A stretch of 64,000 nt of DNA from Nitrosomonas sp. (GTDB taxonomy: Bacteria > Pseudomonadota > Gammaproteobacteria > Burkholderiales > Nitrosomonadaceae): positions 17,737 through 81,736 of the forward strand of contig JAMXAG010000008.1 of assembly GCA_024281675.1 (NCBI GenBank), in the 5' to 3' direction. Of the stretch, positions 1-10,024 are shown piece by piece (within the stretch, counting starts at the first letter, position 1; each line of letters starts with the position of its first letter). The notes beneath the pieces are model-generated. The model saw only the letters and a program-made list of their open reading frames with translations, made no database searches and was not told the origin of the DNA. The translations under genes and the position numbers were made by a program.

Positions 1-2071
1 TCGATTTCATGGAATGCTTGGCCATTCTGACCCATTCCGGTGAATAACCGCTTTTCCCATGACTGTAATACAGCGGCACCACCTGATCTTGCAATATTTC
101 GTACAGAGCGCGGCTTTCTTCTTTGTCGCGTTGTACAGGATCCATGTTTTCAAAACCAGGCTTGATCGCCCAGCCATTTTTGCCATTGTAGCCTTCACCC
201 CACCAACCATCGAGTACACTTAAATTAATGACACCGTTAATACCCGCTTTCATGCCTGAAGTCCCACTGGCTTCCAATGGATAAATCGGATTATTCAACC
301 AGACATCGACCCCAGCCACCATACGCCGCGCCAAACGCAAATCATAGCCTTCAATCAATAACAATCGCCCCTCAAATTCCGGCAGGTGCGCAATTTGACT
401 GATGTGGCGGATCAAATCCTGACCTGGTACATCGGCGGGATGGGCTTTCCCGGCGAAAAGTAATAATACCGGACGATCTTGATCCAATACGATTTTACGT
501 AACCAATCGAGATTATCGAATAACAAGGCAGCGCGTTTATACGTCGCAAAACGCCGGGCAAAGCCGATCGTCAAAATATTCGGATTAACCGGATCGACAA
601 ATTTCAGTAATCGATCCAAGTGTGCCTCAGAACCGCGGTTTCTGGCATTTTGTTCGGTCACCTGTGCACGAATCCGATAAAACATCTTTGATTTCAATGA
701 TTGACGGACACTCCAGAATGAATGATCTGGTATCGCATCGATACCAGACCAATACTCGGTTTCACACAATTTTGCACGCCATTCGTGGCCAAGATAACGA
801 TCAAACAAATCCGACCATTCTTGTGCCAAGAAAGTAGGGGCATGCACGCCATTGGTAATGAAATCCATTGGATTTTCTTCCGGCTCGATTTCCGGCCATA
901 ATTCACGGCAAATATTGGCGGAAACCCCGCCGTGAATCTTGCTGACACCATTATGTGTACGTGAACCGTGTATCGCCAACGCCGTCATATTGAAATCCGA
1001 GCTACCGGGAATATGCCCCAGTGCCATGAATTGTTCATGAGAAATATTGAAGCGCTGATAGTATTGCGTAAAGTACGTTTGCATCATTTCGACCGGAAAA
1101 TGATCATGTCCCGCCGGTACCGCAGTATGAGTGGTAAACACGGTATTGACTGCAACGCTTTCCAATGCCGTAGCAAAATCCAACCCCTGCTGCACCAAAT
1201 TATGGATGCGCTCCAGTATCATGAAGGCCGCATGCCCCTCATTGATATGCCACACCGTCGGTTGAATACCTAGCGCTTGCAGCGCACGCACGCCACCCAC
1301 GCCTAAAATGATCTCTTGCTCGATGCGCATCGTTTTGTCACCACCGTACAAATTCTCGGTAATATCCCGATCTTTAGGCAAATTTTCCGGCAAATCGGTA
1401 TCGAGCAAATACAAAATGACGTGGCCGATTTTAACTTGCCATATTTTAGCAATCACGTCGCGTTGCGGAAGCTCAATCGTAATTTGTACGCTCGCACCAT
1501 CTGCGCGCAACACTGGCGTAACGGGCAGATCCTCAAAATCCGAAGCAGTGTATGTGACCTGTTGATTACCCTGGCTATCAATGATTTGAGAAAAATAACC
1601 TTGACGATACAACAAACCGATGGCGACAAACGGCAAGCGCATATCGCTGGCCGATTTACAATGATCACCCGCTAGAATTCCCAAACCGCCGGAATAAATT
1701 GGCAAACTTTCATGAAACCCAAATTCAAAACAAAAATAAGCAATCTGGTCGCGTTCGTTGAGCTCCCTCGCCTCTTTCTTAAGTGACGATTTATCATGGT
1801 ACGAATCATAGATTGACAGAATACTTTTGTAAGACGCCATAAAAATACGGTCTTCGGTAGCTTTTAACAAGGATGACTCATCAACACGCTTAAGAAATGC
1901 CTTGGGATTATGCCCCGTCATTTCCCACAAATAAGGGTCGATGCGTGCAAATAATGTGCGGGTATCACGATCCCAGCTATACCAAAGATTATCAGCCAAT
2001 TCTTCCAGGCGCTCTAATAGCTTAGGAATTTTAGGATTAATAGTAATGGTAAAAGCTGTTCTAGAACTCAT
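1..2071 (-). CDS. glgP: Alpha-glucan (glycogen/maltodextrin) phosphorylase, truncated by the left window edge
   Basis: Manual minus-strand translation from ATG at 2071: MSSRTAFTITINPKIP...LADNLWYSW...IAYFCFEFGFHESLPIYSGGLGILAGDHCKSASD, and near position 1 QVVPLYY...WVRMAKHSMKS. Missing from the ORF track because the stop codon lies outside the window. Confidence 0.9.
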   Translation of the reverse strand, partial: MSSRTAFTITINPKIPKLLERLEELADNLWYSWDRDTRTLFARIDPYLWEMTGHNPKAFLKRVDESSLLKATEDRIFMASYKSILSIYDSYHDKSSLKKEARELNERDQIAYFCFEFGFHESLPIYSGGLGILAGDHCKSASDMRLPFVAIGLLYRQGYFSQIIDSQGNQQVTYTASDFEDLPVTPVLRADGASVQITIELPQRDVIAKIWQVKIGHVILYLLDTDLPENLPKDRDITENLYGGDKTMRIEQEIILGVGGVRALQALGIQPTVWHINEGHAAFMILERIHNLVQQGLDFATALESVAVNTVFTTHTAVPAGHDHFPVEMMQTYFTQYYQRFNISHEQFMALGHIPGSSDFNMTALAIHGSRTHNGVSKIHGGVSANICRELWPEIEPEENPMDFITNGVHAPTFLAQEWSDLFDRYLGHEWRAKLCETEYWSGIDAIPDHSFWSVRQSLKSKMFYRIRAQVTEQNARNRGSEAHLDRLLKFVDPVNPNILTIGFARRFATYKRAALLFDNLDWLRKIVLDQDRPVLLLFAGKAHPADVPGQDLIRHISQIAHLPEFEGRLLLIEGYDLRLARRMVAGVDVWLNNPIYPLEASGTSGMKAGINGVINLSVLDGWWGEGYNGKNGWAIKPGFENMDPVQRDKEESRALYEILQDQVVPLYYSHGKSGYSPEWVRMAKHSMKS

Positions 2072-2135
2072 CGCAACACTCCTCATTTGAAATTAAGCGC
2101 AATCTTAGCAGGTAAAAATAAAAAGAAACGCTGAT

Positions 2136-3167
2136 TCAACGATACTTTTTACTCTGTTTATCTGGGTTCAACAAATCACATGCTGTTAATCGGGCACCCA
2201 ACAAGCCGATTTCAGGATTGATTACCACATGTACCGGAATCTCACGCATCAATTGCGAAAATCGCCCTTTATCACAAAAAGCCCGCAAAAACCCACCAGC
2301 CTTCATGATTTCAAGAATTTTGGGAGCAATGCCGCCTGCAATATAGACACCGCCACGACACAGTCCGGCAAGTGCGAGGTTACCCGCATAGGCACCGTAA
2401 ATGGTAACAAACAGTTCCAATGCTTGCATCGCAACACGATGGTGTTGTTTCAAAGCAAGCTCCGTAATAACTGCACCACTGTCCTCTAGCAAACCGTGTA
2501 TGATCGCGTCTTTTGTTTTCTGGCTATCTTGCAGGAACTTAAAAATATCCGTCAAACCCGAGCCGGACAACAAACGTTCCACGGATACATGGCCCAATTT
2601 TCTCTGTAATGCTTTCCACAAGTCAATTTGCAAATCATCGGTAGCAGCAAAATCGATATGCCCCGCTTCGGACGAAAAAGGATAGCGACGACCGTTAATC
2701 CAAGCTGACCACGATACGCCCATACCGGTGCCCGCCCCTAAAATCACACGCATTCCTAGCGGATGCACTAGCCCCGTTTGTAAAACCGCTAAATCATGAC
2801 TCGATAACGCATCGATCCCAAGCGCCGCCGCCTCAAAATCATTGAGTATCATCACTTGCGGAAACGAAAATTGCGCAGCAATTTCTGAGCTATCGATAGT
2901 CCAACTCAGATTAGTCAACTTCGCTTTCTGGTGGTCAATAACGGGACCCGCTACGGCAAAACACGCAGCTGAAATTGTTGGATTGGTTTCTGCGTGCTGC
3001 AAAAAATCTTCAACCATATCAGCAAACGATGCGAATTCCTGACTCGGATATTTACGGGCGAGTACCACAAAAATCCCCGCATCATCTATCTCAGCCAATT
3101 GCAAAAGCGTTTTGGTACCACCAATATCGCCATAAAAGATCTGAGTTTTCAATTCAGCAGTAATCAC
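2136..3167 (-). CDS. glk: Glucokinase
   Basis: GDIGGTKT phosphate-1 motif, AVAGPV, LNDFEA, GAGTGMG, SEAGH, GGVYIAGGI. Confidence 0.93.
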   Translation of the reverse strand: MITAELKTQIFYGDIGGTKTLLQLAEIDDAGIFVVLARKYPSQEFASFADMVEDFLQHAETNPTISAACFAVAGPVIDHQKAKLTNLSWTIDSSEIAAQFSFPQVMILNDFEAAALGIDALSSHDLAVLQTGLVHPLGMRVILGAGTGMGVSWSAWINGRRYPFSSEAGHIDFAATDDLQIDLWKALQRKLGHVSVERLLSGSGLTDIFKFLQDSQKTKDAIIHGLLEDSGAVITELALKQHHRVAMQALELFVTIYGAYAGNLALAGLCRGGVYIAGGIAPKILEIMKAGGFLRAFCDKGRFSQLMREIPVHVVINPEIGLLGARLTACDLLNPDKQSKKYR

Positions 3168-3359
3168 TTTAAAATTTTAGGGATAACCGTATACCGACGA
3201 ATTACATCAATCCACACATATCCAGAATTATACCTTGAGTGCAAAGCTCGTATGATTGTTATCGTGATTTGACATGCTAGCATTCATTCAGTACATTTCA
3301 TTAACAAATAAGCATATTTTGAATAACTTGGCTATTAAATTCTTTTACAGGTATCTCAC

Positions 3360-4913
3360 ATGACCGATCCCCTAATCATCGCCAAAGCGAACGACCATGA
3401 ACTGGCTCTGCTACCTGCTATGTCGAACCGACACGGTTGCATTACTGGCGCGACGGGTACTGGCAAAACAGTCACACTACAGAAACTGGCAGAGAGCTTT
3501 TCAAGTATCGGCGTGCCCGTATTTATGGCCGATGTCAAAGGTGATTTGAGCGGGATTTGTCGATCAGGAGCACTTACAGAAAAAATGAAAAAGCGGTTGG
3601 ATATGTTGCAGATCGATACACCAAGCTGGCAAGGCTACCCAGTCACACTATGGGATGTCTTGCAAGAAAACGGACATCCGGTTCGCGCGACTATTTCCGA
3701 TATGGGACCGTTATTGCTGGCACAATTATTGAACCTTAATGAAACACAAGAAGGCGTATTGGCACTGGTTTTTAAAATCGCCGATGACAATGGATTATTA
3801 CTGCTGGATTTGAAAGACTTACGTACATTATTGCAATTTGTCGGCGACAACGCGGCAGAATTCAAAACACAATACGGCAATGTTTCATCTGCTTCGATTG
3901 GCGCGATTCAACGCAGCTTATTGCAGATTGAACAACAAGGTGGTGACAAGTTTTTTGGCGAACCAATGCTAAACATCGAAGATTTGATGCAAACAATAGA
4001 CGGTAAGGGCATCATCAATATTTTAACCGCCGATAAGCTGCTTAACTCACCCAAATTATATAGTACCTTCCTGCTGTGGATGTTGTCGGAGCTATATGAA
4101 AACCTGCCCGAAACCGGTGATCGCGAACAACCCAAGCTCGTTTTCTTTTTTGATGAGGCACATTTACTATTCAGCACGGCAACACCCGCATTACTGGAAA
4201 AAATCGAACAAGTCGTACGTCTGATTCGCTCTAAAAGCATTGGTATTTATTTCGTAACACAAAACCCATTGGATATTCCAGAGAAAATCCTCGGTCAATT
4301 GGGTAATCGCATTCAACACGCATTACGCGCATTTACGCCGCGCGATCAGAAAGCTGTCGCCACAATCGCAGAAACCATGCGCCCGAATCCTGGACTCGAT
4401 ATCAAACAAGCCATTATGGAACTATCTGTCGGCGAAGCGCTGATTTCTTTTTTAGATACCAATGGATCACCCAGCATAACCAATCGCGCTTTCATTTTGC
4501 CCCCGACCAGCCAAATCGGGCCGATTACACCGGATGAACGCAAACAACTGATCGAGTCTTCTTTAGTTGCAGGTGTTTACGAGCAGACTGTGGATCGAGA
4601 AAGCGCTTTTGAAATGTTACAAGCACGCGCTGGTAGCACAGACAATTCCGAGAAATCATCGACAAAACAATTACCTAGTAATCAAGAAGAATCCAGTGGC
4701 AGTATTGGACAACAAGTAACCGAAGGTATTTTGGGAGGGCTTGGGAGTTTGGTATTCGGTTCGACAGGTAAGCGAGGCGGACATCACGATGGCATGATCA
4801 GTGCGTTTGCGAAGAGCGCCGCACGCTCGGTTGGAACATCAGTTGCACGCGAAATTACCCGCGGATTACTTGGATCATTATTGGGTAGCACAACTACCAA
4901 AAGAAAGCGCTAG
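3360..4913 (+). CDS. HerA-like P-loop ATPase (DUF853/YjgR family)
   Basis: [15 protein letters not shown] Walker [11 protein letters not shown] Walker [34 protein letters not shown]. Confidence 0.88.
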   Translation: MTDPLIIAKANDHELALLPAMSNRHGCITGATGTGKTVTLQKLAESFSSIGVPVFMADVKGDLSGICRSGALTEKMKKRLDMLQIDTPSWQGYPVTLWDVLQENGHPVRATISDMGPLLLAQLLNLNETQEGVLALVFKIADDNGLLLLDLKDLRTLLQFVGDNAAEFKTQYGNVSSASIGAIQRSLLQIEQQGGDKFFGEPMLNIEDLMQTIDGKGIINILTADKLLNSPKLYSTFLLWMLSELYENLPETGDREQPKLVFFFDEAHLLFSTATPALLEKIEQVVRLIRSKSIGIYFVTQNPLDIPEKILGQLGNRIQHALRAFTPRDQKAVATIAETMRPNPGLDIKQAIMELSVGEALISFLDTNGSPSITNRAFILPPTSQIGPITPDERKQLIESSLVAGVYEQTVDRESAFEMLQARAGSTDNSEKSSTKQLPSNQEESSGSIGQQVTEGILGGLGSLVFGSTGKRGGHHDGMISAFAKSAARSVGTSVAREITRGLLGSLLGSTTTKRKR

Positions 4914-5028
4914 TCAGACTGTTCAAGCAATTAGCGCTGTGCTTCTTCATCCATGCAAGAATACAACAGCATAGGAGGAAATTGACGAACAATAATGATT
5001 ATTTCCCCCGCTGCGTGATTGAGGCTGT

Positions 5029-5763
5029 TTAATTTTTTAACATTTCTTGCTTGATCCTCCAACCTGGCAGGGCTGCGTCAAATATACGCACAGTATCCAT
5101 ACCGCCATTAAAAAAGGCTGCATCTTCAGGAGGAGGAATCGTCCTATGCTTAGCACCTATCGCCAGAGGTTCAGTATTAACGCAAACAGGTCCGGGAACA
5201 AGCACGGAAGATTTACCAGACAACACACCATTGATATATATCCTCAAGATCGCGCCATCATAAGTTGCTGCCACATGCGTCCATGTATTATCAGGCACGA
5301 CTTTATTACTATCCAGTATAAAATAGGAAGCACCATTGCGGCATCCTCCAAAAAAACCACCAACCCTTACCTTGCGAGTATTTTTTCTGATGTTAACCCA
5401 GAAAGAACCTGCTTTCTCCATCACTTCTTGCCTATCCCATGCGCTGGGCTTGAGCTTTATCCAGGCCATCACAGTATATTGATTAAAATCGAAAATAGGA
5501 TTGTCAGAAACCAGAATGAAATTATCAATCCCATTCAGTTTAAGGCCTCTTCCTCCACCAGCAACACCCGCTGCAAAATGCCAAGTGCCACCACCTTCAA
5601 TATCGCCATTGAGGTCATTTCCGCTGGTATCGGATGCGATCGATCCATTATCCGATGTAAATTTATATTCCAGAACCAAACTTCCCGAGAAAACAGAAAT
5701 TGGAAAAAACAAAAAAAGGAAAAACAAACCTGATCGCAAAAAAACGAATTTTCTATTATTCAT
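5029..5763 (-). CDS. Secreted LamG/concanavalin-A-like lectin domain protein
   Basis: Signal peptide; TVMAWIK, WTHVAATYDGAILRIYING, FNGGMDTVRIFDAAL typical of laminin-G-3 domains. Confidence 0.8.
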   Translation of the reverse strand: MNNRKFVFLRSGLFFLFLFFPISVFSGSLVLEYKFTSDNGSIASDTSGNDLNGDIEGGGTWHFAAGVAGGGRGLKLNGIDNFILVSDNPIFDFNQYTVMAWIKLKPSAWDRQEVMEKAGSFWVNIRKNTRKVRVGGFFGGCRNGASYFILDSNKVVPDNTWTHVAATYDGAILRIYINGVLSGKSSVLVPGPVCVNTEPLAIGAKHRTIPPPEDAAFFNGGMDTVRIFDAALPGWRIKQEMLKN

Positions 5764-5821
5764 GATTTGTATTTACACTAAGGCTAGTTAGAGGATCAAA
5801 CTAGATTCATTATACTATCTG

Positions 5822-5860
5822 TTAATTGTGCAATAAATTTTTTATTTATTGCACAATTAA
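5822..5860. terminator. 16-bp perfect inverted repeat (hairpin/terminator-like)
   Basis: ttaattgtgcaataaa-7nt-tttattgcacaattaa between two minus-strand genes. Confidence 0.45.
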
Positions 5861-5885
5861 TTTCTAATGTATCCCTTTTGTTTTA

Positions 5886-6680
5886 TTAGTCACGAAGGTA
5901 TTGAACAGATACGGATTTGGAAGCATTTGGCCCAAGGGTTCCTAAATTATACTGAACCGTACTATCGAAATCTCCAAACACAGGGCCCGCAATTGCTTGG
6001 TCAGGTGGATTACAGCTAGTATTATTAAAGCTCACCACTTTAGCTTCAGAAACTGTTGTGGTTGGACTTTTTGTAATGTGTCTGAGTTTTACAGCAAAAG
6101 GAATTGCATCGGCCTTAGTTCCCCATGCTGAGACAGAGTCTCTGGTTGCATCATGCCACTCATCTATAGCAGAATTGATATCAACGGTGGCTAAACGTCG
6201 TAAAATTACACTATTAATATTCGCGCCAGTAAGATTTTTAACAGTCATCTTGATATTAAATGAACGATCGAAATTAGTTGGTTTAGAGAGCTCTTGAACC
6301 AAACTCATTTTTCCATCAGTGGTATTACGTGTCACTTTACAGGTATTTCCCACACAATTACAGGAAGCAGCACCAAACCCGCTATCTCCAAAACTGTTAC
6401 TATAACGCGCGGGAGAACCTGTATTACATAGTGTATACCCTTCATTGTACATATGATCCCCTTGATTCGAGCCTTGGAAAACCACAATGTTTCCTTCCTG
6501 GTTAATACTAACTTTAGGCGCCCCCGTAAAGGTTTTACATATGGCAGAAGCTGCGGCCATCATCTCAGTATCTTTTTGCCTTTTCTCTACACTGTTTTGC
6601 CCGGCATTAGCTGTTCCTGTAAGAACTAACAAGCTCATTGAAACTAATGCTAGCACTGATAATGCAATTGATTTATTCAT
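5886..6680 (-). CDS. Hypothetical secreted protein (Cys-containing, beta-rich)
   Basis: Long ORF; signal peptide MNKSIALSVLALVSMSLLVLTGTANA; no family recognised. Confidence 0.65.
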   Translation of the reverse strand: MNKSIALSVLALVSMSLLVLTGTANAGQNSVEKRQKDTEMMAAASAICKTFTGAPKVSINQEGNIVVFQGSNQGDHMYNEGYTLCNTGSPARYSNSFGDSGFGAASCNCVGNTCKVTRNTTDGKMSLVQELSKPTNFDRSFNIKMTVKNLTGANINSVILRRLATVDINSAIDEWHDATRDSVSAWGTKADAIPFAVKLRHITKSPTTTVSEAKVVSFNNTSCNPPDQAIAGPVFGDFDSTVQYNLGTLGPNASKSVSVQYLRD

Positions 6681-7080
6681 ATTATACCCCACCTTATTCT
6701 TGGAATTTTAATCTCGAGAAATCCATTACTGCTGCTTTTTATTACACAAAAAGCCAATCGACTCTAAAATATCCTATCGAAATGGTCAAATCTATTTGCT
6801 CCTGGGCATGTTGGCCCGAGATACAGTACATAAATACTAGGAGGCCTGTACAAAACGCAAGCCAGATCCGACTTTGTACCCGATTCGGTATAAGAATATA
6901 CCGTTGTAAGCATCATAAAATGATCAACAATCCTAAAAACCTCAATTGATCGCACAAATATAGGTGCGACAATTTGTCACATTCTATTTTTTTATAAATT
7001 GAAATATTCTTTTATCGCCATCCAAATGTGGAATGGAGATAAATAACATTCATCAATTAAAAGATAGGATTTCAATCAAA

Positions 7081-7824
7081 ATGATCAAAATCAGAAAAAC
7101 ACTTAGTCTCGTCAGTGCACTGAGTGCTTTGTTAGCTTTTAGCATGCCTGCAAGCGCCGTTTCGTCTGTCACGTATGCAGACCCTGTTCCATCGACCCCC
7201 GGTGCGTGTGATGGTGGTATTAGTTACGAATGGATGGCAAAAATGAGCGACAATCATACGATCAGCTTCGTCAATCATGTCGGTGCTAAAAGCTTTAACG
7301 AACCACCTCCAGCGTATGAACCCCCTTTCACTGGCTGGACTCACACCTCTAACTGGGTAGCGTTTGAGTTAACCAAAGATGCGCAGGTAGAAATCGAAGT
7401 CACGCGTCAAGAAGGCGTACCTTATACATCCGGCAGCACCGTTGCTACTGCGCGCAATAAACTAGTACCAGCATTTGCCATTTATTCAGGTTGGGATAAC
7501 ACCAGCTGCGAAGATCACCGTTACAATAATGCCGGTAACTTTGACTGGTCTAACATCAAATACATTACCAACACCCCGAATAAAGGCGGTTGGCCCAGTG
7601 TTACGCGCAAAATAAAACTGAAAGCGGGCAAGTATAGTATCGCCATTGGTGGCACACCAAAAGTTTTGGAAACTTATCCCGATGCAGCCACCTGTGATCC
7701 TGCTACCGATGCAGCTTGTTATGCCTATACCGGCAGGCACGGATATCGTGTGCGTGTAAAAACCAACCCATCCCGTTCGGAATCCGATAACGCAAGTACG
7801 AGCGGTAATTCCACCAACCAATAA
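7081..7824 (+). CDS. Secreted CorA/MopE-like copper(I)-binding protein (putative)
   Basis: Signal peptide ending in PASA; GWTHTSNW (W-x-H) motif and a second His 58 residues later (EDHRYNN); followed by a di-haem peroxidase gene, as in corA-corB and mopE-SACCP loci. Confidence 0.6.
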   Translation: MIKIRKTLSLVSALSALLAFSMPASAVSSVTYADPVPSTPGACDGGISYEWMAKMSDNHTISFVNHVGAKSFNEPPPAYEPPFTGWTHTSNWVAFELTKDAQVEIEVTRQEGVPYTSGSTVATARNKLVPAFAIYSGWDNTSCEDHRYNNAGNFDWSNIKYITNTPNKGGWPSVTRKIKLKAGKYSIAIGGTPKVLETYPDAATCDPATDAACYAYTGRHGYRVRVKTNPSRSESDNASTSGNSTNQ

Positions 7825-7840
7825 ATCTGGTTTAGCTCAG

Positions 7841-7866
7841 TAATCTCCGATTAATTTCGGAGATTA
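7841..7866 (+). terminator. Intergenic hairpin between the corA-like gene and the peroxidase gene
   Basis: taatctccga-ttaatt-tcggagatta, perfect 10-bp stem. Confidence 0.4.
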
Positions 7867-7980
7867 TATCCAATAATCATAGCATTAAATTTATCTTCTA
7901 TGGCTTCGTCGAGTTCAGTATGACATTTGACTTTGTTAGCCGAGCTTTTATTAAACATATCATATCAACAGTTACCACTT

Positions 7981-9858
7981 ATGTTTCGCAATCCTTCCTT
8001 CATCGCAGCTTTAATGATTTCAATTTGGGGTATTGGGGAAACACATGCTGCCGAAGACCCTGCACGACCACCTTCCCTAAAAACCATTTCGGTACCAGAG
8101 CCTGATAATCTAGATGATTTCATTATCAACAAACAAAAAGCTATAGAATTAGGCAAAGCTTTATTTTGGGAAATGCGTGTTGGCAGCGACGGCGTCACCG
8201 CCTGTGCCACGTGTCATTTTAATGCTGGCTCAGACAGCCGGTCTTTCAATCAAGTCAACCCAGGCTCAAATCGCGTTCACAGTGATGGCACGCCGGATGC
8301 CGATTTAACATTTGACTTCGGCCCTGCTCAACAATTGATGCGCGGCGATTTCCCTTTGCGCAAACTGAGCAACATCTCCGATCGGAGTTCACCTGTAATT
8401 TCAGACTCCAATGACGTGGTTTCTTCACAAGGCGTTCAAGCAGCAGTTTTTTTGTATACCGTGCGCGGCAAAAGCAAGGATGTAGTCACCCCCAAAATCG
8501 ATGCTGATGGTTTTCTCATTGACCACAAAAATGTCCGTCGTGTTGCGCCACGTAATGCACCCAGTATTATTAACGCAGTCTTTAATTTCAGAAACTTGTC
8601 CGATGGCAGCGCACAAAATGACTTCAATGGTGTAAACAAATGGGGAAGCCGTGACCCAAATGCAAAAGTTTACCGCGTGACTTCAAGCTCCAGCCAAATT
8701 GAAGCCGTAACAATCAGCATTAATAATGCTAGTACAGCCTCTCAAGCAGTAGCTCCTCCTGTTAGCGACCGCGAAATGAGCGCCACAGGCAGAACATTTC
8801 CAGACATTGGCCGAAAACTCATCAGCATGCGACCGCTGGCTCTACAGCAAGTACACCCACAAGACAGTGTTTTTGGTGAATACAGCCGTTGGCCACATTC
8901 CGGCTTAACCATCCCTTCCTATAAAAAAATGATCCAAGCGGCATTCCATCCACAATGGTGGGATTCTGAACAATTTATTCGTAATCTTGGGACGACGCCG
9001 AATATCGTAACGCATGGCAAACCACGATTTCCGAATGAATACAGCTTGATGGAATACAATTTCTCATTGTTTTTCGGTTTAGCCGTGCAAATGTATGTAT
9101 CTACATTGGTTGCCGATGATACGCCGTATGACCGCTTCATGATGGGAGATGCCTCAGCCATCAGTGCAGCCGCTATTCAAGGCGTCGATGTATTTCGCAG
9201 CCAAACACGCGGCCGGTGTATCAATTGTCATGAGGGTGCAGAATTAACCGGCGCATCAATCACCCGTGTAACAGCCAGTCCGGTAAGAGTTCGTGAGGAG
9301 CAGGCGTTTGATCGGGGTTTTAATCATATTGGCGTCCGACCAGCAACCGAAGATATCGGCTTAGGCGGCAAAGATCCTTTTGGCAAGGAATTATCGTATT
9401 CACGTCATCCTGCAACAGCGATACCTAATTGCGCCAATGGATTACCCTGCCCAGTCATAGCCGATGGATTCATCAAAGTTCCAGGGTTACGTAATATCGA
9501 ACTAACTGCGCCTTATTTCCACAATGGTGGCACTTTGACATTACGCGAGATACTAGATCTCTACAGTCGTGGCGGAAATTTTCACTCACTGGAACAACTC
9601 GATGGCTCAGAAATCGCAGGATTAAATATTCTATCGAATAGTGAGGAAGAAAAATCCAATCTTGAAGCATTTTTGCTGTCATTGACCGATGAAAGAGTAC
9701 GATTGCGCAAAGCACCGTTTGATCACCCGCAGTTACTGATTCCTATCAAAGATCATCATCTTCTGGATAAGCAAACCAACCATCATTCAGAGGCTTTTCT
9801 AAAAATCAATGCTGTGGGGAAAAATGGCGGAGTGCCTCTGAAACGATTCTTACAGTGA
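7981..9858 (+). CDS. Di-haem cytochrome c peroxidase, MauG/CorB/SACCP-like
   Basis: Two CxxCH motifs (CATCH, CINCH), LGKALFWEMR, RNAPSIINA, KVPGLRNIELTAPYFHNG; signal peptide; longest ORF starts at 7927. Confidence 0.9.
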   Translation: MFRNPSFIAALMISIWGIGETHAAEDPARPPSLKTISVPEPDNLDDFIINKQKAIELGKALFWEMRVGSDGVTACATCHFNAGSDSRSFNQVNPGSNRVHSDGTPDADLTFDFGPAQQLMRGDFPLRKLSNISDRSSPVISDSNDVVSSQGVQAAVFLYTVRGKSKDVVTPKIDADGFLIDHKNVRRVAPRNAPSIINAVFNFRNLSDGSAQNDFNGVNKWGSRDPNAKVYRVTSSSSQIEAVTISINNASTASQAVAPPVSDREMSATGRTFPDIGRKLISMRPLALQQVHPQDSVFGEYSRWPHSGLTIPSYKKMIQAAFHPQWWDSEQFIRNLGTTPNIVTHGKPRFPNEYSLMEYNFSLFFGLAVQMYVSTLVADDTPYDRFMMGDASAISAAAIQGVDVFRSQTRGRCINCHEGAELTGASITRVTASPVRVREEQAFDRGFNHIGVRPATEDIGLGGKDPFGKELSYSRHPATAIPNCANGLPCPVIADGFIKVPGLRNIELTAPYFHNGGTLTLREILDLYSRGGNFHSLEQLDGSEIAGLNILSNSEEEKSNLEAFLLSLTDERVRLRKAPFDHPQLLIPIKDHHLLDKQTNHHSEAFLKINAVGKNGGVPLKRFLQ

Positions 9859-9912
9859 AATAGGAATCATAGCTTCAATATTTTTTGCCAATAAAGGCCC
9901 CCCGTGAAGAAC

Positions 9913-9933
9913 CCCCGTGGCAAGACCACGGGG
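9913..9933. repeat. Orphan copy of the IS200 subterminal hairpin
   Basis: ccccgtgg-caaga-ccacgggg, identical to the hairpins at 16137 and 16624; no transposase nearby. Confidence 0.8.
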
Positions 9934-10024
9934 AATCACAAATTAAATATCAAACTCGCACATTCTTCCACGAGAACGAGTTTTCTACTCCGTCCTTCGA
10001 AAGCAGGTGCGCAGTTTTAACATT

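Noticed and set aside
7-1675. Several short ORFs on both strands
   Set aside because: All overlap the phosphorylase gene, which the track missed because its stop codon is outside the window
5047-5733. 228-aa plus-strand ORF
   Set aside because: Antisense shadow of the LamG gene
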